Assembly (NCBI GenBank): GCA_963812155.1
Contig: CAWETW010000003.1
Location: 160,001 to 224,000, forward strand
From: Vulcanimicrobiota bacterium
Lineage (GTDB): Bacteria; Vulcanimicrobiota; Vulcanimicrobiia; Vulcanimicrobiales; Vulcanimicrobiaceae
Direction of reading: 5' to 3'
Length of the DNA stretch: 64,000 nt
Shown here piece after piece: positions 11,364 through 21,408 of this stretch; position 1 is the stretch's first letter; each line of letters starts with the position of its first letter. The position numbers and the translations under genes were made by a program. The notes under the pieces are model-generated. The model saw only the letters and a list, made by a program, of their open reading frames with translations, searched no databases and was not told where the DNA came from.

Positions 11364-11559
11364 TCTCGTTCTCCCGGGCAGGAACGGTTGACCGCCCCTT
11401 TCTCAGGATTGTAAAGCGAACCTTTAGGCAATTGCTGCGAAAAAAGTCCCGTGCGCCAAACATCCGAAGCTCCCAAGCCTGGCGGGCGGTCACGAAAGTC
11501 GCACGTGCAACGCCGTACCGGGCGCCGGCAGCGGCGCGGCGAGGCCGCCTGGCCGCGCG

Positions 11560-12444
11560 TTACATTTTGTAACTGTGGAGTCCGGATATCCAGATGTTCA
11601 CGCCGAGATAGCAGAAAATGATCGACGCGAATCCGATCATGCTGACCCAGTTCGTGCGCAAACCGCGCCACGCGTGCCGGGTGTGCAGATGCATGTATGC
11701 GAGGTAGATGATCCACGAGAAGAGCGCGGCCGTTTCTTTTGGATCCCACTGCCAATAGGCGCCCCACGCTTCTTTGGCCCACATCGCGCCGGTGATGATG
11801 CCGATCGAGATCAGCGGCAAACCGATCGCGACGGCGCGGTACACGATGGTGTCCAACTGCGCGAGACTCGGGAGCGCGTCGAGCCAGCCTCCGACGGAGC
11901 TGCCGGCGACGCTCTCGCCGGCGCCCGCGGCTGCGGTCGCAGGAACCATGCGGCTCTCTAACGCGCGCAGCGCGTAATACTTCAGCAGGTAGATGCCGGA
12001 AAAAACGAAGGCGACCAGGAACGCGGCGTACGACGAGACGACGAGCGGGACGTGGATCTTCGCCCAATACGATTGCAGCGACGGAACCGCCGGCATGGTG
12101 CCTTCGTTCCACGTCACGGCGTAGGCCAGAAAGACGGCGGCGATCGCGAGGACGAAACCGCCCGCAAACCACAGATCGTAACGGAACGCGAAGACGATGT
12201 AGATTGCGACCGCCATCGCCGCAAAGAGCGAAAGGGAACCGTACAGATTCAATAGCGGCCAGATGCCGGTGAGTTCGAAGCGCGCGATCAGCTGGGCAAA
12301 CTGCGCGACGCAGCCGATGATCGCCAGCGGCATGCCGAACAGCCGCAGCCACTCCTGGCGTGAAAAAAAGAAACCGAGCAGACCGAGGGCTGCGAGCACG
12401 TAGCACCCGAGCGCCGTGACCATGAGCACCTCGTCGAGCGACAT
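11560..12444 (-). CDS. ccsA: Cytochrome c biogenesis protein CcsA/ResC (system II)
   Basis: WWD domain GAMWAKEAWGAYWQWDPKET, IHVP, GLHSY. Confidence 0.95.
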   Translation of the reverse strand: MSLDEVLMVTALGCYVLAALGLLGFFFSRQEWLRLFGMPLAIIGCVAQFAQLIARFELTGIWPLLNLYGSLSLFAAMAVAIYIVFAFRYDLWFAGGFVLAIAAVFLAYAVTWNEGTMPAVPSLQSYWAKIHVPLVVSSYAAFLVAFVFSGIYLLKYYALRALESRMVPATAAAGAGESVAGSSVGGWLDALPSLAQLDTIVYRAVAIGLPLISIGIITGAMWAKEAWGAYWQWDPKETAALFSWIIYLAYMHLHTRHAWRGLRTNWVSMIGFASIIFCYLGVNIWISGLHSYKM

Positions 12445-12472
12445 GTCCTTCTTTCTTGCGCGCGCAGCTAGT

Positions 12473-13855
12473 CTAGGTAGCCGGACGCCATTGCGGCCGG
12501 CCGGCCGCTCCGCCGTCCGGCGGTTGCTTCAACGCTACCACCAGCCGGCCGAACTCGTTCTCGAAAACGTCGTAACCCTTGACGGTCGTGGCGGCCATGC
12601 CGACGCGCGACCGGTTCGGCCCCGATTCGTCGACGCGCACGAAGAGGCGCGCCGGTAGAAAGTAAAACGAGACGATCAATCCGGCAAGCAGCACGAAGGC
12701 GCCGATTCCGACCAGCGGCACGCCCGGGTCGTAGCGATACTGAAAGCCGCTGTAGAGCACGTAGCGCTCCGGAATGACGCGCCATCCATTGCCCGCGTCG
12801 ATCCACGTGCGCACCGGAACGAGTGCCTCGCCCAAGGAGTTTCCGTTCTGTTCGACGCCGAGAACGACGCCCGGCGCGTTCACGCGCGGATCGGCCGACG
12901 GCATGCCGCTTTGCCGGTCGACCGTCGGTACGAACCGCTCGTAGACGACGCTGCGGCCCGTTCCCGGAACGTCGAAGGCGTCGCCTTCGAGCAGCGTGCG
13001 GGGCGCGGCGCCCGGAACCGGGCGGCCCTCGTGCTCGACGCGGAAGCGCATCCCGAATCCGTAACTCGCTTGATAGTAGAGCGTGCCGTCCACGTCGATC
13101 GGATGATTCACGCGCACGGTCTCGGCGCGGGCGATGCCGTCCTTTCCGGTTACCGTCACGTGCGAAACGTAGTCGACCGGTTGGTACACCATTCCGCTTT
13201 TCGTCATGATCGGCTCGATTTTGTATTGGAACGAATCGAGACGCACGACGGCGTGCGTTTGCGGGATCTCGACCGCTTGGCCGGTCAGCACGGCGGTCTC
13301 GCCCGAGAAACCGCGCGCCCAGTACAGCGTGGTGCCGGCGGCGACGATCACGAACCCGAGATGCGCGACCAGAACGCCGCGGCGTGCCCAGTTGTGCCGG
13401 TCGGCAAAACTCCACTCGACGCCGTCGAAGAGGCGTTCGCGCACGTGCCAGCCGCGCGCCGAAAGCGCGGCCGCGACCTGCGCGCGCACCGCGCCTGCAT
13501 CTCCTTCCGCGTCGAAGGTCGCGTTGAGCGGAATCTTGTCGATCTTCACCGCATGCAGCCGCGGAAGGCGCGCGGGAATCACGCGTTTGAACGTACAGAC
13601 CGCCAGCGACAGCAGAATGAGTCCGATAATGCCCACGTACCACGGCGAGTGATAGACGTTGTCGAAGTTCAGGCGAAGGATGGCGCGGGCGATCGGCGCG
13701 GCGTAGGATGCAAAATATTGCGACGGATCCTTGCCCTGATCGACCACGACGCCGACCAGCGTGAGCAATCCCCACACGACGAAAAGGCAAACCGCGAACA
13801 GCACGTTGCCGAACGTGCGAACGAACCGACCGTAGAGATCTGAAGCGATCGTCAC
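12473..13855 (-). CDS. resB: Cytochrome c biogenesis protein ResB/CcsB
   Basis: NVYHSPWY, VAHLGF, VRVNHPI...LYYQASYG, RYDPGVPLV; adjacent to ccsA. Confidence 0.93.
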   Translation of the reverse strand: MTIASDLYGRFVRTFGNVLFAVCLFVVWGLLTLVGVVVDQGKDPSQYFASYAAPIARAILRLNFDNVYHSPWYVGIIGLILLSLAVCTFKRVIPARLPRLHAVKIDKIPLNATFDAEGDAGAVRAQVAAALSARGWHVRERLFDGVEWSFADRHNWARRGVLVAHLGFVIVAAGTTLYWARGFSGETAVLTGQAVEIPQTHAVVRLDSFQYKIEPIMTKSGMVYQPVDYVSHVTVTGKDGIARAETVRVNHPIDVDGTLYYQASYGFGMRFRVEHEGRPVPGAAPRTLLEGDAFDVPGTGRSVVYERFVPTVDRQSGMPSADPRVNAPGVVLGVEQNGNSLGEALVPVRTWIDAGNGWRVIPERYVLYSGFQYRYDPGVPLVGIGAFVLLAGLIVSFYFLPARLFVRVDESGPNRSRVGMAATTVKGYDVFENEFGRLVVALKQPPDGGAAGRPQWRPAT

Positions 13856-14628
13856 GAAGCCGCGCCGGCGCGCCGCCACGCGCGCTCGAGCGGTACGATG
13901 ATCCAAATGGAGGCTTCGTACAGCACGTACATCGGCACGGCGAGCATCGCCATCGTCAACGGATTACCATCGGGTGCGGCGATGCCGCCGGCCACGAAGA
14001 AGCCGAAAATTGCGTGACGGCGGTAACGCATCAGCGTGGCAGCGCTGACGATTCCCAAGCGCGCGAGACCGATCAGCACGATCGGCGTTTGGAAGACGAT
14101 TGCGAACAGCGCGAGCAGAATGATGACGAAGTTCAGCGTCGACGCGATGCCGAAGGTCGGCGTCGCGACCGCATCGGTGATGTGCAGCAGCGCCGCGATC
14201 ACGCGCGGGATGACGACGAAATGGGCGAATGCGAGGCCGGCCAGCGCCAGCAGCAGCGACGGGAAGACGAAGGCGTATACCATGCGCCGCGTTCGCGGAT
14301 GAATCGCCGGGACGACGAAAAGCCACAGTTGCAGGAGCAGGATCGGAAGCCCCAATACGATGCCGCCGACGATCGAGAGTTTGAACTCCGTGAAGATGAC
14401 GTCGGCCGGTCCGAACGCGTGCAGTTGGATGCCGTGAAAATATTCGTCCATCATCCAGCGGATGATGAACTGCGACGGCCAGAAGATCAGCACCGCGATC
14501 GCCCCGACGGTTGCGATCGAGATCAAGAGACGGCTACGGAGCTCCCGCAGGTGCTCCGTAAACGGCATCTCTTTCTGATCCCACGGCGATTCCTCGCCGG
14601 CGCGCGCCGGGGGATTCTGCAGCAACAC
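13852..14628 (-). CDS. tatC: Twin-arginine translocase subunit TatC
   Basis: MPFTEHLRELRSRL, QLWLFVVPAI, FQTP, LYEASI. Confidence 0.95.
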   Translation of the reverse strand: MLLQNPPARAGEESPWDQKEMPFTEHLRELRSRLLISIATVGAIAVLIFWPSQFIIRWMMDEYFHGIQLHAFGPADVIFTEFKLSIVGGIVLGLPILLLQLWLFVVPAIHPRTRRMVYAFVFPSLLLALAGLAFAHFVVIPRVIAALLHITDAVATPTFGIASTLNFVIILLALFAIVFQTPIVLIGLARLGIVSAATLMRYRRHAIFGFFVAGGIAAPDGNPLTMAMLAVPMYVLYEASIWIIVPLERAWRRAGAAS

Positions 14629-14644
14629 GTGTGAGGCGCGAATG

Positions 14645-14947
14645 CTAGGAGCTGAGCGTGCCCTTACCCGGCGTCGGCGGCGGCACGGCGTCGCCGGTCA
14701 TCGATCCGGTTTCGACGTTGTTCATGAGATCGGCGTGCTGCTCGGCGTTGCGCCTGGCAGCTTCTTCGCGCGCGCGAATGGTGGCTTCGTCGGCCTCCAT
14801 TTGTCCCATCACGAACTCTTTCTTCGCTTGGCCGGCGCTGCGGGCGAGTTTCGGCAGCTTGTCGGCGCCGAAGAGGAGCGCGGCGACGACCAGGATACCG
14901 ATGATGATCGGTGCGTCGATGATCGCGAGCAGTGGGTGAATCGTCAT
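14645..14947 (-). CDS. tatA: Twin-arginine translocase subunit TatA/E
   Basis: TM helix followed by LLFGADKLPKLARSAGQAKKEF. Confidence 0.92.
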   Translation of the reverse strand: MTIHPLLAIIDAPIIIGILVVAALLFGADKLPKLARSAGQAKKEFVMGQMEADEATIRAREEAARRNAEQHADLMNNVETGSMTGDAVPPPTPGKGTLSS

Positions 14948-14971
14948 CTCAAGAGTCTCCTTGTTGTGACC

Positions 14972-15919
14972 CTACTCGTCGAGCAGGGCGTCTGCGAGCC
15001 GCGCCAGTTCTTCCTTCGCCGCGCCGCCCGCCAGGGGCTCTAGCGCCGCTTTCGCGCGTTCCGCGAAGCGGGCGATGTGCGCCCGGGTTGCGGCCAGGCC
15101 GCCGTGGCGTTCGATTCCTCCGGCAATCGCCGGAATTCCGTCGTTGGCGCTCCCGTCGTAAAAACGACGGACCTCGGTCCGAAAGTTTCCGTTCCCCGTC
15201 GCCAGCGCCTCGATGAGCGGAATGGTGACCTTGCGCTCGGTCAAATCGTTACCGACCGGTTTGCCGAGCGAGCGTTCGTCCGCAACGAGGTCGAGCAGAT
15301 CGTCCTTCATCTGAAACGCGATGCCGAAGGCCTCGCCGTACGCACGCAAGCCGTCGATCTCGCTCGAATCCCCGCCGCCCATGATTGCGCCGCATTCGGC
15401 CGATGCCGCAAACAGCGAAGCGGTCTTCTTGCGCGCGATTTCGACGTACGCGTCGGTTGTGAGGTCCAGATCGCCAAGCGCACGCAGCTGCAGTACTTCG
15501 CCGTCGCAGATGTCGGCCAGCGTCGCGGAGAGCACGTGCGGAACCGGATGCGGATAGTTCAGCGTGACGTTTTTGAAAATCCATGCGAAGAGATAGTCGC
15601 CCGCGAGAACGCTCACGCGGTTTCCGTAGTCGACGGCCGTCGCATTCACGCCGCGCCGCGTGGACGCATTGTCGACGACGTCGTCGTGAATCAGCGTCGC
15701 GACGTGGATCAGCTCCATGTAGGCCGCGAGATGAAGATGATCGAGGGCATTTCCGCCGCAGGCGTCGACCGCGAGCAGCGTCACGCGCGGCCGCAGCCGC
15801 TTTCCTCCCGCGGCCAGCATTCGGCGCACCGCCTCGGTAATCAGCGGGTTGTCGGTCGAGAACGTCGAGGCGAAGAACGACTCGACGGTCGCGCGCAAGT
15901 CGCTTACGGCGTCGCGCAC
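14972..15919 (-). CDS. Polyprenyl diphosphate synthase (HepT/IspB-like)
   Basis: GGKRLRP, LIHDDVVD, RRG, KTASLF, FQMKDDLLD, GKPVGNDL. Confidence 0.93.
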   Translation of the reverse strand: MRDAVSDLRATVESFFASTFSTDNPLITEAVRRMLAAGGKRLRPRVTLLAVDACGGNALDHLHLAAYMELIHVATLIHDDVVDNASTRRGVNATAVDYGNRVSVLAGDYLFAWIFKNVTLNYPHPVPHVLSATLADICDGEVLQLRALGDLDLTTDAYVEIARKKTASLFAASAECGAIMGGGDSSEIDGLRAYGEAFGIAFQMKDDLLDLVADERSLGKPVGNDLTERKVTIPLIEALATGNGNFRTEVRRFYDGSANDGIPAIAGGIERHGGLAATRAHIARFAERAKAALEPLAGGAAKEELARLADALLDE

Positions 15920-16653
15920 GGTGAGGTTTCCTTGCTTCCGTAGTGAATCGCGATAGCGCCGCCCATGAGTGCGACGTACGCCGCATCGGCGAATCCGGCC
16001 CGCGCGAAGCGCTCGCGCAGTTCGACCGCGTTGGGATGGTGCGTAAGCGAACTCGGCAGGTATGAATACGCGCGGCGCGATCCGCCGACGTAACTGCCGA
16101 CCACCGGAACGATGCCGTAGAAGTAGACGTCGAACATGCGCTTCCAGAGTTTGTTCGGCGCCTTGCTGACGTCGAGGTTGACGAACCGTGCACCCGGGCG
16201 AAGCACGCGCAGAACTTCGCGGAGCACCGCATCGATGTCGACCACGTTGCGCAGGCTGAATCCCATCGTCGCGCCGTCGAAACTCGCATCCGGAAAGGGA
16301 AGTGCGATCGCGTCGGCCTCGACGAACGTCGCCGAACCCCGCGCCTGACGGGAGGCGCGTTCCTTCGCGCGTTCGAGCATCGGCGCGCAGAAGTCGGCAC
16401 CGGTGACGTTGAGGCTCGGATCTACCCGCAGAAGATGAAAGACGAGATCGCCGGTACCGCAGCAGAGATCGAGAATGCTCCCGCCGGCCGGCGGCGCCAG
16501 CAGGGTAATGGCGCGCCTTCGCCAGCGTTCGTCGAAGCCGGCGGTTAGGACGCGGTTGGCGGTATCGTAGCGCGGGGCGATCTGCGCGAACATCTCGCGC
16601 ACGAACGCTCCCTTGTCGCCGCTCGGCTCCTCGCCGATCGGGGTGGAACTCAC
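15904..16653 (-). CDS. menG: Demethylmenaquinone methyltransferase (UbiE/MenG); start uncertain
   Basis: VREMFAQIAPRYD, LDLCCGTGD, LPFPDASFD, FSLRNV, YSYLPSS. Confidence 0.92.
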   Translation of the reverse strand: MSSTPIGEEPSGDKGAFVREMFAQIAPRYDTANRVLTAGFDERWRRRAITLLAPPAGGSILDLCCGTGDLVFHLLRVDPSLNVTGADFCAPMLERAKERASRQARGSATFVEADAIALPFPDASFDGATMGFSLRNVVDIDAVLREVLRVLRPGARFVNLDVSKAPNKLWKRMFDVYFYGIVPVVGSYVGGSRRAYSYLPSSLTHHPNAVELRERFARAGFADAAYVALMGGAIAIHYGSKETSPCATP

Positions 16654-16735
16654 GGTCCCCGTGCTTTCCAGCGCCCCAAGGGCTCTCCTGGCGCACCCCT
16701 TGCCGGCCGCAGCGACGGTCGGGATTGCACGCCCG

Positions 16736-17611
16736 ATGATTCGACCGGCCACCAGCGGCGAGGTTGCGGCGGCCGTCCGCAGCGCGCGCCGGGTCGACGT
16801 GCTTGCCTACACCCTGCAGCACGGTCCGCTGCTCGACGCCCTCGAGTCGGTCGCGTTACGCGGCGCGGCCGTGCGCGTCCGCCTGGAAGGCGCGCCGTTC
16901 GGCACCACCGCCGGCAGCTTCGCCCGATACAACCGCGCCATCGTCCGCGAACTGCGGCGGTGCGGCGCCGACGCGCGCCTCGCTCGCGCGACGCCCGCCG
17001 CGCGCGACGAGCCGCCGGTGCACGCCAAAGCGCTCGTTGCCGACGGTCAACTCTTTCTCGACGATCGTAACTGGGGAAAGAACGACTTCATCGTTGCCGA
17101 TTCCGATCCGAACGCCGCGGCAGAAGTTGCCGGCGCGATCGGGGGCGGCATGCCGCGCGACTCCAGCGGCGCACCGTTTGCACTCTCGAAGTCGGGCGCG
17201 TTACGGCGCGAAGCCGAGTTGCTGCGCGCCGCGCGAACCGGCGACGCCGTCGTTGTCGAAAGCGAATCCTTCGGCGCCGGTAATCCCGTCTACGCGGCGC
17301 TCGACGAGCTCGCGCGTAAGGGCGGCAAACCGCGGCTGCTCGTGTCGGCACGTGAGGCTCGGGGCGCCTCCGAGCACGGCGCGCTGGCGAAACTCGCGCG
17401 CGACGGCGCCGTCGTGCGGGTCACGAGCGCGACGGAAAAGTTCGCACTCGCCGGCGCGAACGCGTGGCTTGGTTCGGCGAATGCATCGTTGGCGTTCGGC
17501 AAGTTCGATATGCTCGATTGGGGTGTCTGCACGAACGATGCCGCGACCGTCGCCGCTGCCCGGGCGCGCGTCGAAGGCCGCTGGTCGGCCGCTAAACCGC
17601 TTTCGCCCTGA
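16736..17611 (+). CDS. Phospholipase D superfamily protein with one intact and one degenerate HKD motif
   Basis: VHAKALVADG...DRNW and TEKFALAG...WLGSANAS; duplicated PLD-like fold. Confidence 0.7.
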   Translation: MIRPATSGEVAAAVRSARRVDVLAYTLQHGPLLDALESVALRGAAVRVRLEGAPFGTTAGSFARYNRAIVRELRRCGADARLARATPAARDEPPVHAKALVADGQLFLDDRNWGKNDFIVADSDPNAAAEVAGAIGGGMPRDSSGAPFALSKSGALRREAELLRAARTGDAVVVESESFGAGNPVYAALDELARKGGKPRLLVSAREARGASEHGALAKLARDGAVVRVTSATEKFALAGANAWLGSANASLAFGKFDMLDWGVCTNDAATVAAARARVEGRWSAAKPLSP

Positions 17612-17642
17612 TGCGCCGGCGCGACGGGAGCCTGCGCCTTCG

Positions 17643-18101
17643 CTAGTTCGCGGGGCGCGCGACGTGCCAGTGGCCGCCGGCGAAGGCAATGCCGTCGCCG
17701 TTGTTTTGATCGGCGCCCGAATCGCCCGCGAACGTATAGAGTGGATGGTTCCTATAGTCCCACTGCTCGCCGGTTCCGTCGGCACGCGTGACGACCGTGA
17801 AGTCGCCTTGCGCTTGTGCACCCGCGTTCGGCACGAGCGCAATCCATGTGTTGAGGCAGCCTCCGGTGCATTTGCTGCCCGTCGGCGTATCGACGTCAAG
17901 AAAGTAGAGCGTACGATTACTTGTCGAGGCCACGAACGCGGGGCTCCCCGCGACGCTTTGTTTTATCGGAACGTTCGACTGCGGGGCCGCCGTCGGCGGA
18001 ACTCCGCCGTAACCGCCGCCGGCCGCTCCTCCACCGCTGCCCCCGCCGCACGCGCTCAGCGTTACGATAGCGAGCATCGTTCCAAGATGTTTAACGAACA
18101 T
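17643..18101 (-). CDS. Secreted lipoprotein with Yx(FWY)xxD repeats (COG4315/Lipoprotein_15-like)
   Basis: Lipobox LSAC; TLYFLDVD...C.GGC..TW; QWDYRNHPLYTFAGD...GDGI..WHVA. Confidence 0.85.
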   Translation of the reverse strand: MFVKHLGTMLAIVTLSACGGGSGGGAAGGGYGGVPPTAAPQSNVPIKQSVAGSPAFVASTSNRTLYFLDVDTPTGSKCTGGCLNTWIALVPNAGAQAQGDFTVVTRADGTGEQWDYRNHPLYTFAGDSGADQNNGDGIAFAGGHWHVARPAN

Positions 18102-18213
18102 GTTTCGCGTTTGTCCTTCTCGGAGCAGAAAGAGCTCCGCCGGTAAACACGATACGCGGCATGCGTGAAAGAAGTCTAAACGTTTCGATTCAGAGTTTTC
18201 TTACGTTTCGCGT

Positions 18214-18984
18214 TCAGCCGGCTTGCAAATCGAAGAGTCGTTCCGCGTTGCGATCGGTGATTGCTGCAATCTCCGCGACGCCGGTTTCCAACACTTCGGC
18301 AACCTTGGCAGCGACGTGCGTAACGAAGGCAGGCTCGTTGCGCTTGCCGCGCATCGGCACCGGCGCGAGATACGGACAGTCGGTTTCGAGGACGATCCAT
18401 TCCGCGCCGGTCGAGCGCACCGCGTCTCGCAATCCGTGCGCGTTGGCGAACGTCACGACGCCGCCGATTCCCAAGAGCAAACCGAACTCGCCCGTCAATC
18501 GCCGTGCCTCATCGGCCGTTCCCGTGAAGCAGTGAACGACGCCGCGCATTTCTGGAGCAAACTCGTCTTCCAGAGCCGCGCAAAAATCCTCGAACGCATC
18601 GCGCTGATGAAAAACGACCGGCAGCTGCCGTTCGCGCGCGAGCCGGATCTGCGCGCGCAGCACCGCGGCCTGCGCGTCGCGCGGACTGTGATCGTAATAG
18701 TAATCGAGGCCCGTCTCGCCGATCGCGACCACGACCTTGCGGTCGAGCAGCGGCGCAAATGCGCTCGCGAGGTCCGCGGGCGCATCCTTCGCTTCGTGCG
18801 GATGGATGCCGGCCGTCGCGCGCAAACCGAAGCGCTCCGCGGCTGCAATCGCACGCGCGCTGTCGGCGATATCGCAGCCGACGGTCACCAGGCGCCTTAC
18901 CCCGGCGGCGGTCGCACGCGCGATCGTTTCGGCGCGGTCGGCGTCGAACGCTGCGTCGTGGACGTGGCAGTGCGTATCGGTCAC
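18214..18984 (-). CDS. tatD: TatD family hydrolase/DNase
   Basis: DTHCH, GIHPH, AIGETGLDY, VVHCFTG, LETDCPYLAP, RGKRNEP. Confidence 0.95.
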   Translation of the reverse strand: MTDTHCHVHDAAFDADRAETIARATAAGVRRLVTVGCDIADSARAIAAAERFGLRATAGIHPHEAKDAPADLASAFAPLLDRKVVVAIGETGLDYYYDHSPRDAQAAVLRAQIRLARERQLPVVFHQRDAFEDFCAALEDEFAPEMRGVVHCFTGTADEARRLTGEFGLLLGIGGVVTFANAHGLRDAVRSTGAEWIVLETDCPYLAPVPMRGKRNEPAFVTHVAAKVAEVLETGVAEIAAITDRNAERLFDLQAG

Positions 18985-20504
18985 GTCGTCGCGGCGAGTT
19001 CTATGCGCGGGAAAAGCGCGCTGCCGGTAGCAATCCGGGTTCCGGGTTCGAGGCCGCCCCACGCTCGCAGAGCGGTCGACCAGTCGTCGTTCGGATTTCC
19101 GGCGGCTCCCAAACGGCGCCACATTTCTTCCATGCGCTCGGGCATCACCGGATGCAGCAGCATGGCCAGCCAGCGTAACCCTTCGCAGAGGTCGTAAAGC
19201 AGGGCGTCGAGTTCGTCGTCGCGGCCTTCCTTGGCGAGCGTCCACGGCTTGCGTTCGTCGATCGCCCGGTTGAGCGCGGTGACGAGTTCCCACGCCGCCT
19301 CGAGCGCTTCGCGAAAACGCAGGTCCAAAATGCGCTCGCGCACGAGCCCCGGCAAGCCGGCGAACCGCCGCGCAAGATCGCTATCGCCGCTGCGCTGAGG
19401 AACGATGCCGTCGCGATACTTCTGCATCATCGAAGCGGTGCGATGGAGCAGATTGCCGAGATCGTTGCCGAGATCGCTGTTGCGGCGTTGTGCGATCTTC
19501 TCTTCGGAATACGAGAAGTCGCTGCCGAACGGCGCTTCCCGCAGCAGAAAATAGCGCAGCGAATCCGCGCCGAAACGTTCGGCCAGCGCGAACGGATCGA
19601 CCGCGTTGCCGAGACTCTTTCCCATCTTTTGGCCGTCGACGGTAATCCAGCCGTGCGCGAAAACCAGTTCCGGCGCCGCTTCGCCGATCGACCACAGCAT
19701 TGCCGGCCAGACGATCGTGTGAAAACGCGCGATCTCTTTACCGATCAGTTGCGTTTGCGCGGGCCAGTAGCGCGCGAACTGAGTTGCGTCGGTCGACCAT
19801 CCGATCGCCGAGATGTAGTTGAGCAGCGCGTCGAACCACACGTAGACGACGCCGCCGCCGCCCGGTATCGGAATTCCCCACGCTAAGTTGGTCCGCGTAA
19901 TCGAGAGATCGTCGAGCCCTTCTTCGAGCAGCGACATCATCTCGTTGTAAACGCTCTTCGGACGCACCCACTGTGGATTCGTGCGAAAGTGCTCGATCAG
20001 CCGGTCGCGATACTTCGAAAGCCGAAAAAACCAGTCTTCTTCCGAGATTCTTACCACCTCGCGCCCGCAGGTCGGGCAGCGGCCGCCGACGAGCTTCGAC
20101 TCCGGCCAGAACGTCTCGTCGGAGACGCAGTACCAGCCTTCGTAGGTTCCGAGATAGACGTCGCCGTTCTCGCGCATGCGTTCGAAGACGGCCTGCACGA
20201 CGCGCTCGTGGCGCGGCTCCGTCGTTCGAATGAAGTCGTCGTTAGCGATGTGGTATGCAGCGAAAAGCGCTTTCCAGCGCGGCACCAAATCGTCGCACCA
20301 CTCCTGCGGCGTCTTGCCCGCGGCGGCAGCGGCGTTGGCGACTTTCTGACCGTGTTCGTCGGTGCCGGTCAGAAAGCGTGCGGGACCGCTGGTTCGAGCC
20401 GTGCGCGCCAACACGTCGGCGACGATTGTCGTATAGGCGTGCCCGATGTGCGGTTCGCCGCTGATGTAATAGATCGGCGTGGTGACGTAATAGGCCCGGG
20501 TCAT
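18981..20504 (-). CDS. metG: Methionine--tRNA ligase (short form)
   Basis: YVTTPIYY...PHIGHAYTT, GTDEHGQK, YVWFDAL, KMGKS. Confidence 0.97.
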   Translation of the reverse strand: MTRAYYVTTPIYYISGEPHIGHAYTTIVADVLARTARTSGPARFLTGTDEHGQKVANAAAAAGKTPQEWCDDLVPRWKALFAAYHIANDDFIRTTEPRHERVVQAVFERMRENGDVYLGTYEGWYCVSDETFWPESKLVGGRCPTCGREVVRISEEDWFFRLSKYRDRLIEHFRTNPQWVRPKSVYNEMMSLLEEGLDDLSITRTNLAWGIPIPGGGGVVYVWFDALLNYISAIGWSTDATQFARYWPAQTQLIGKEIARFHTIVWPAMLWSIGEAAPELVFAHGWITVDGQKMGKSLGNAVDPFALAERFGADSLRYFLLREAPFGSDFSYSEEKIAQRRNSDLGNDLGNLLHRTASMMQKYRDGIVPQRSGDSDLARRFAGLPGLVRERILDLRFREALEAAWELVTALNRAIDERKPWTLAKEGRDDELDALLYDLCEGLRWLAMLLHPVMPERMEEMWRRLGAAGNPNDDWSTALRAWGGLEPGTRIATGSALFPRIELAATT

Positions 20505-21358
20505 GGCCGTCGGCTTTCGGTGGATTCCTCGCGGCCCTTTCCGGATTTGCGCTCGGTGACGCGGGCGTAGAGTTCCGGCCGGCTCCCGAAGCCCGCGCGA
20601 GCAAGCGTTTTGGCGATGTCGCCGGCACGCCGGTTCTGCGCGAGCAGGGCGTCGATTGCGGCATCCGCGTCGAGGCCGGTTTCCGCGCGCTCGGCGCGAT
20701 AGGGCGCAATTGCGAAGGCGATTTCACCGCGAACCGGATCCGCGAGTTGCGCGGCCACTTCGTCGGGCCGCCCGAGCGCGTGCTGTTCGTGCAGCTTCGT
20801 ATATTCGCGCACGAGGAAGACGCGGGCGTCGGGCGCCACGGCCGCCAGGTCGCTCAGCGTTGCGCGAATTCGCTGCGGCGATTCGAACCAGACGCAGGTC
20901 GCGCTCTCGTCGAGTGCGTCGGCGAGCGCCTCCCGCCGCGCGCGCGTGGTGCGCGGAGGGAATCCTTCGAAACGGAAGCGCCGCAGCGGAAAGCCCGAAA
21001 GGGCCGCGACGCCGAACGCGGCGGTAGGACCGGGCAGCACTTCCACGGCAACGCCGGCCGCGCGCGCCGCCGTAACGAGCTCGGCCCCCGGGTCCGAGAT
21101 GCCGGGCATGCCGGCGTCGCAGGTCACGGCGACCAGCCCGGAGCGGGCCGCCTCGAGTATCCGGCCGGTCATTGCGGCTGCGTTCTGCTCGCGATAGCCG
21201 ATCAGTTGGCGGCCCGCAATCCCAAGCGCCGCCAGCAGCCGGCGCGCCACGCGCGTATCTTCGGCGACGATCGCATCGGCTTCGCGTAAGACGTCCAGCG
21301 CGCGCAGCGTTACGTCGCGCAGATTTCCCAACGGCGTCGGCACGAGAACCAGCGGCAT
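20501..21358 (-). CDS. rsmI: 16S rRNA C1402 2'-O-methyltransferase
   Basis: VPTPLGNLRD, AEDTR, DAGMPGISDPG, FESPQR, REYTKLHE. Confidence 0.95.
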   Translation of the reverse strand: MPLVLVPTPLGNLRDVTLRALDVLREADAIVAEDTRVARRLLAALGIAGRQLIGYREQNAAAMTGRILEAARSGLVAVTCDAGMPGISDPGAELVTAARAAGVAVEVLPGPTAAFGVAALSGFPLRRFRFEGFPPRTTRARREALADALDESATCVWFESPQRIRATLSDLAAVAPDARVFLVREYTKLHEQHALGRPDEVAAQLADPVRGEIAFAIAPYRAERAETGLDADAAIDALLAQNRRAGDIAKTLARAGFGSRPELYARVTERKSGKGREESTESRRP

Positions 21359-21408
21359 CCGCGGGGCTTCGACACGGGTTTGCCTGCGCCGCCTGGAAGA
21401 CTCCGCAA

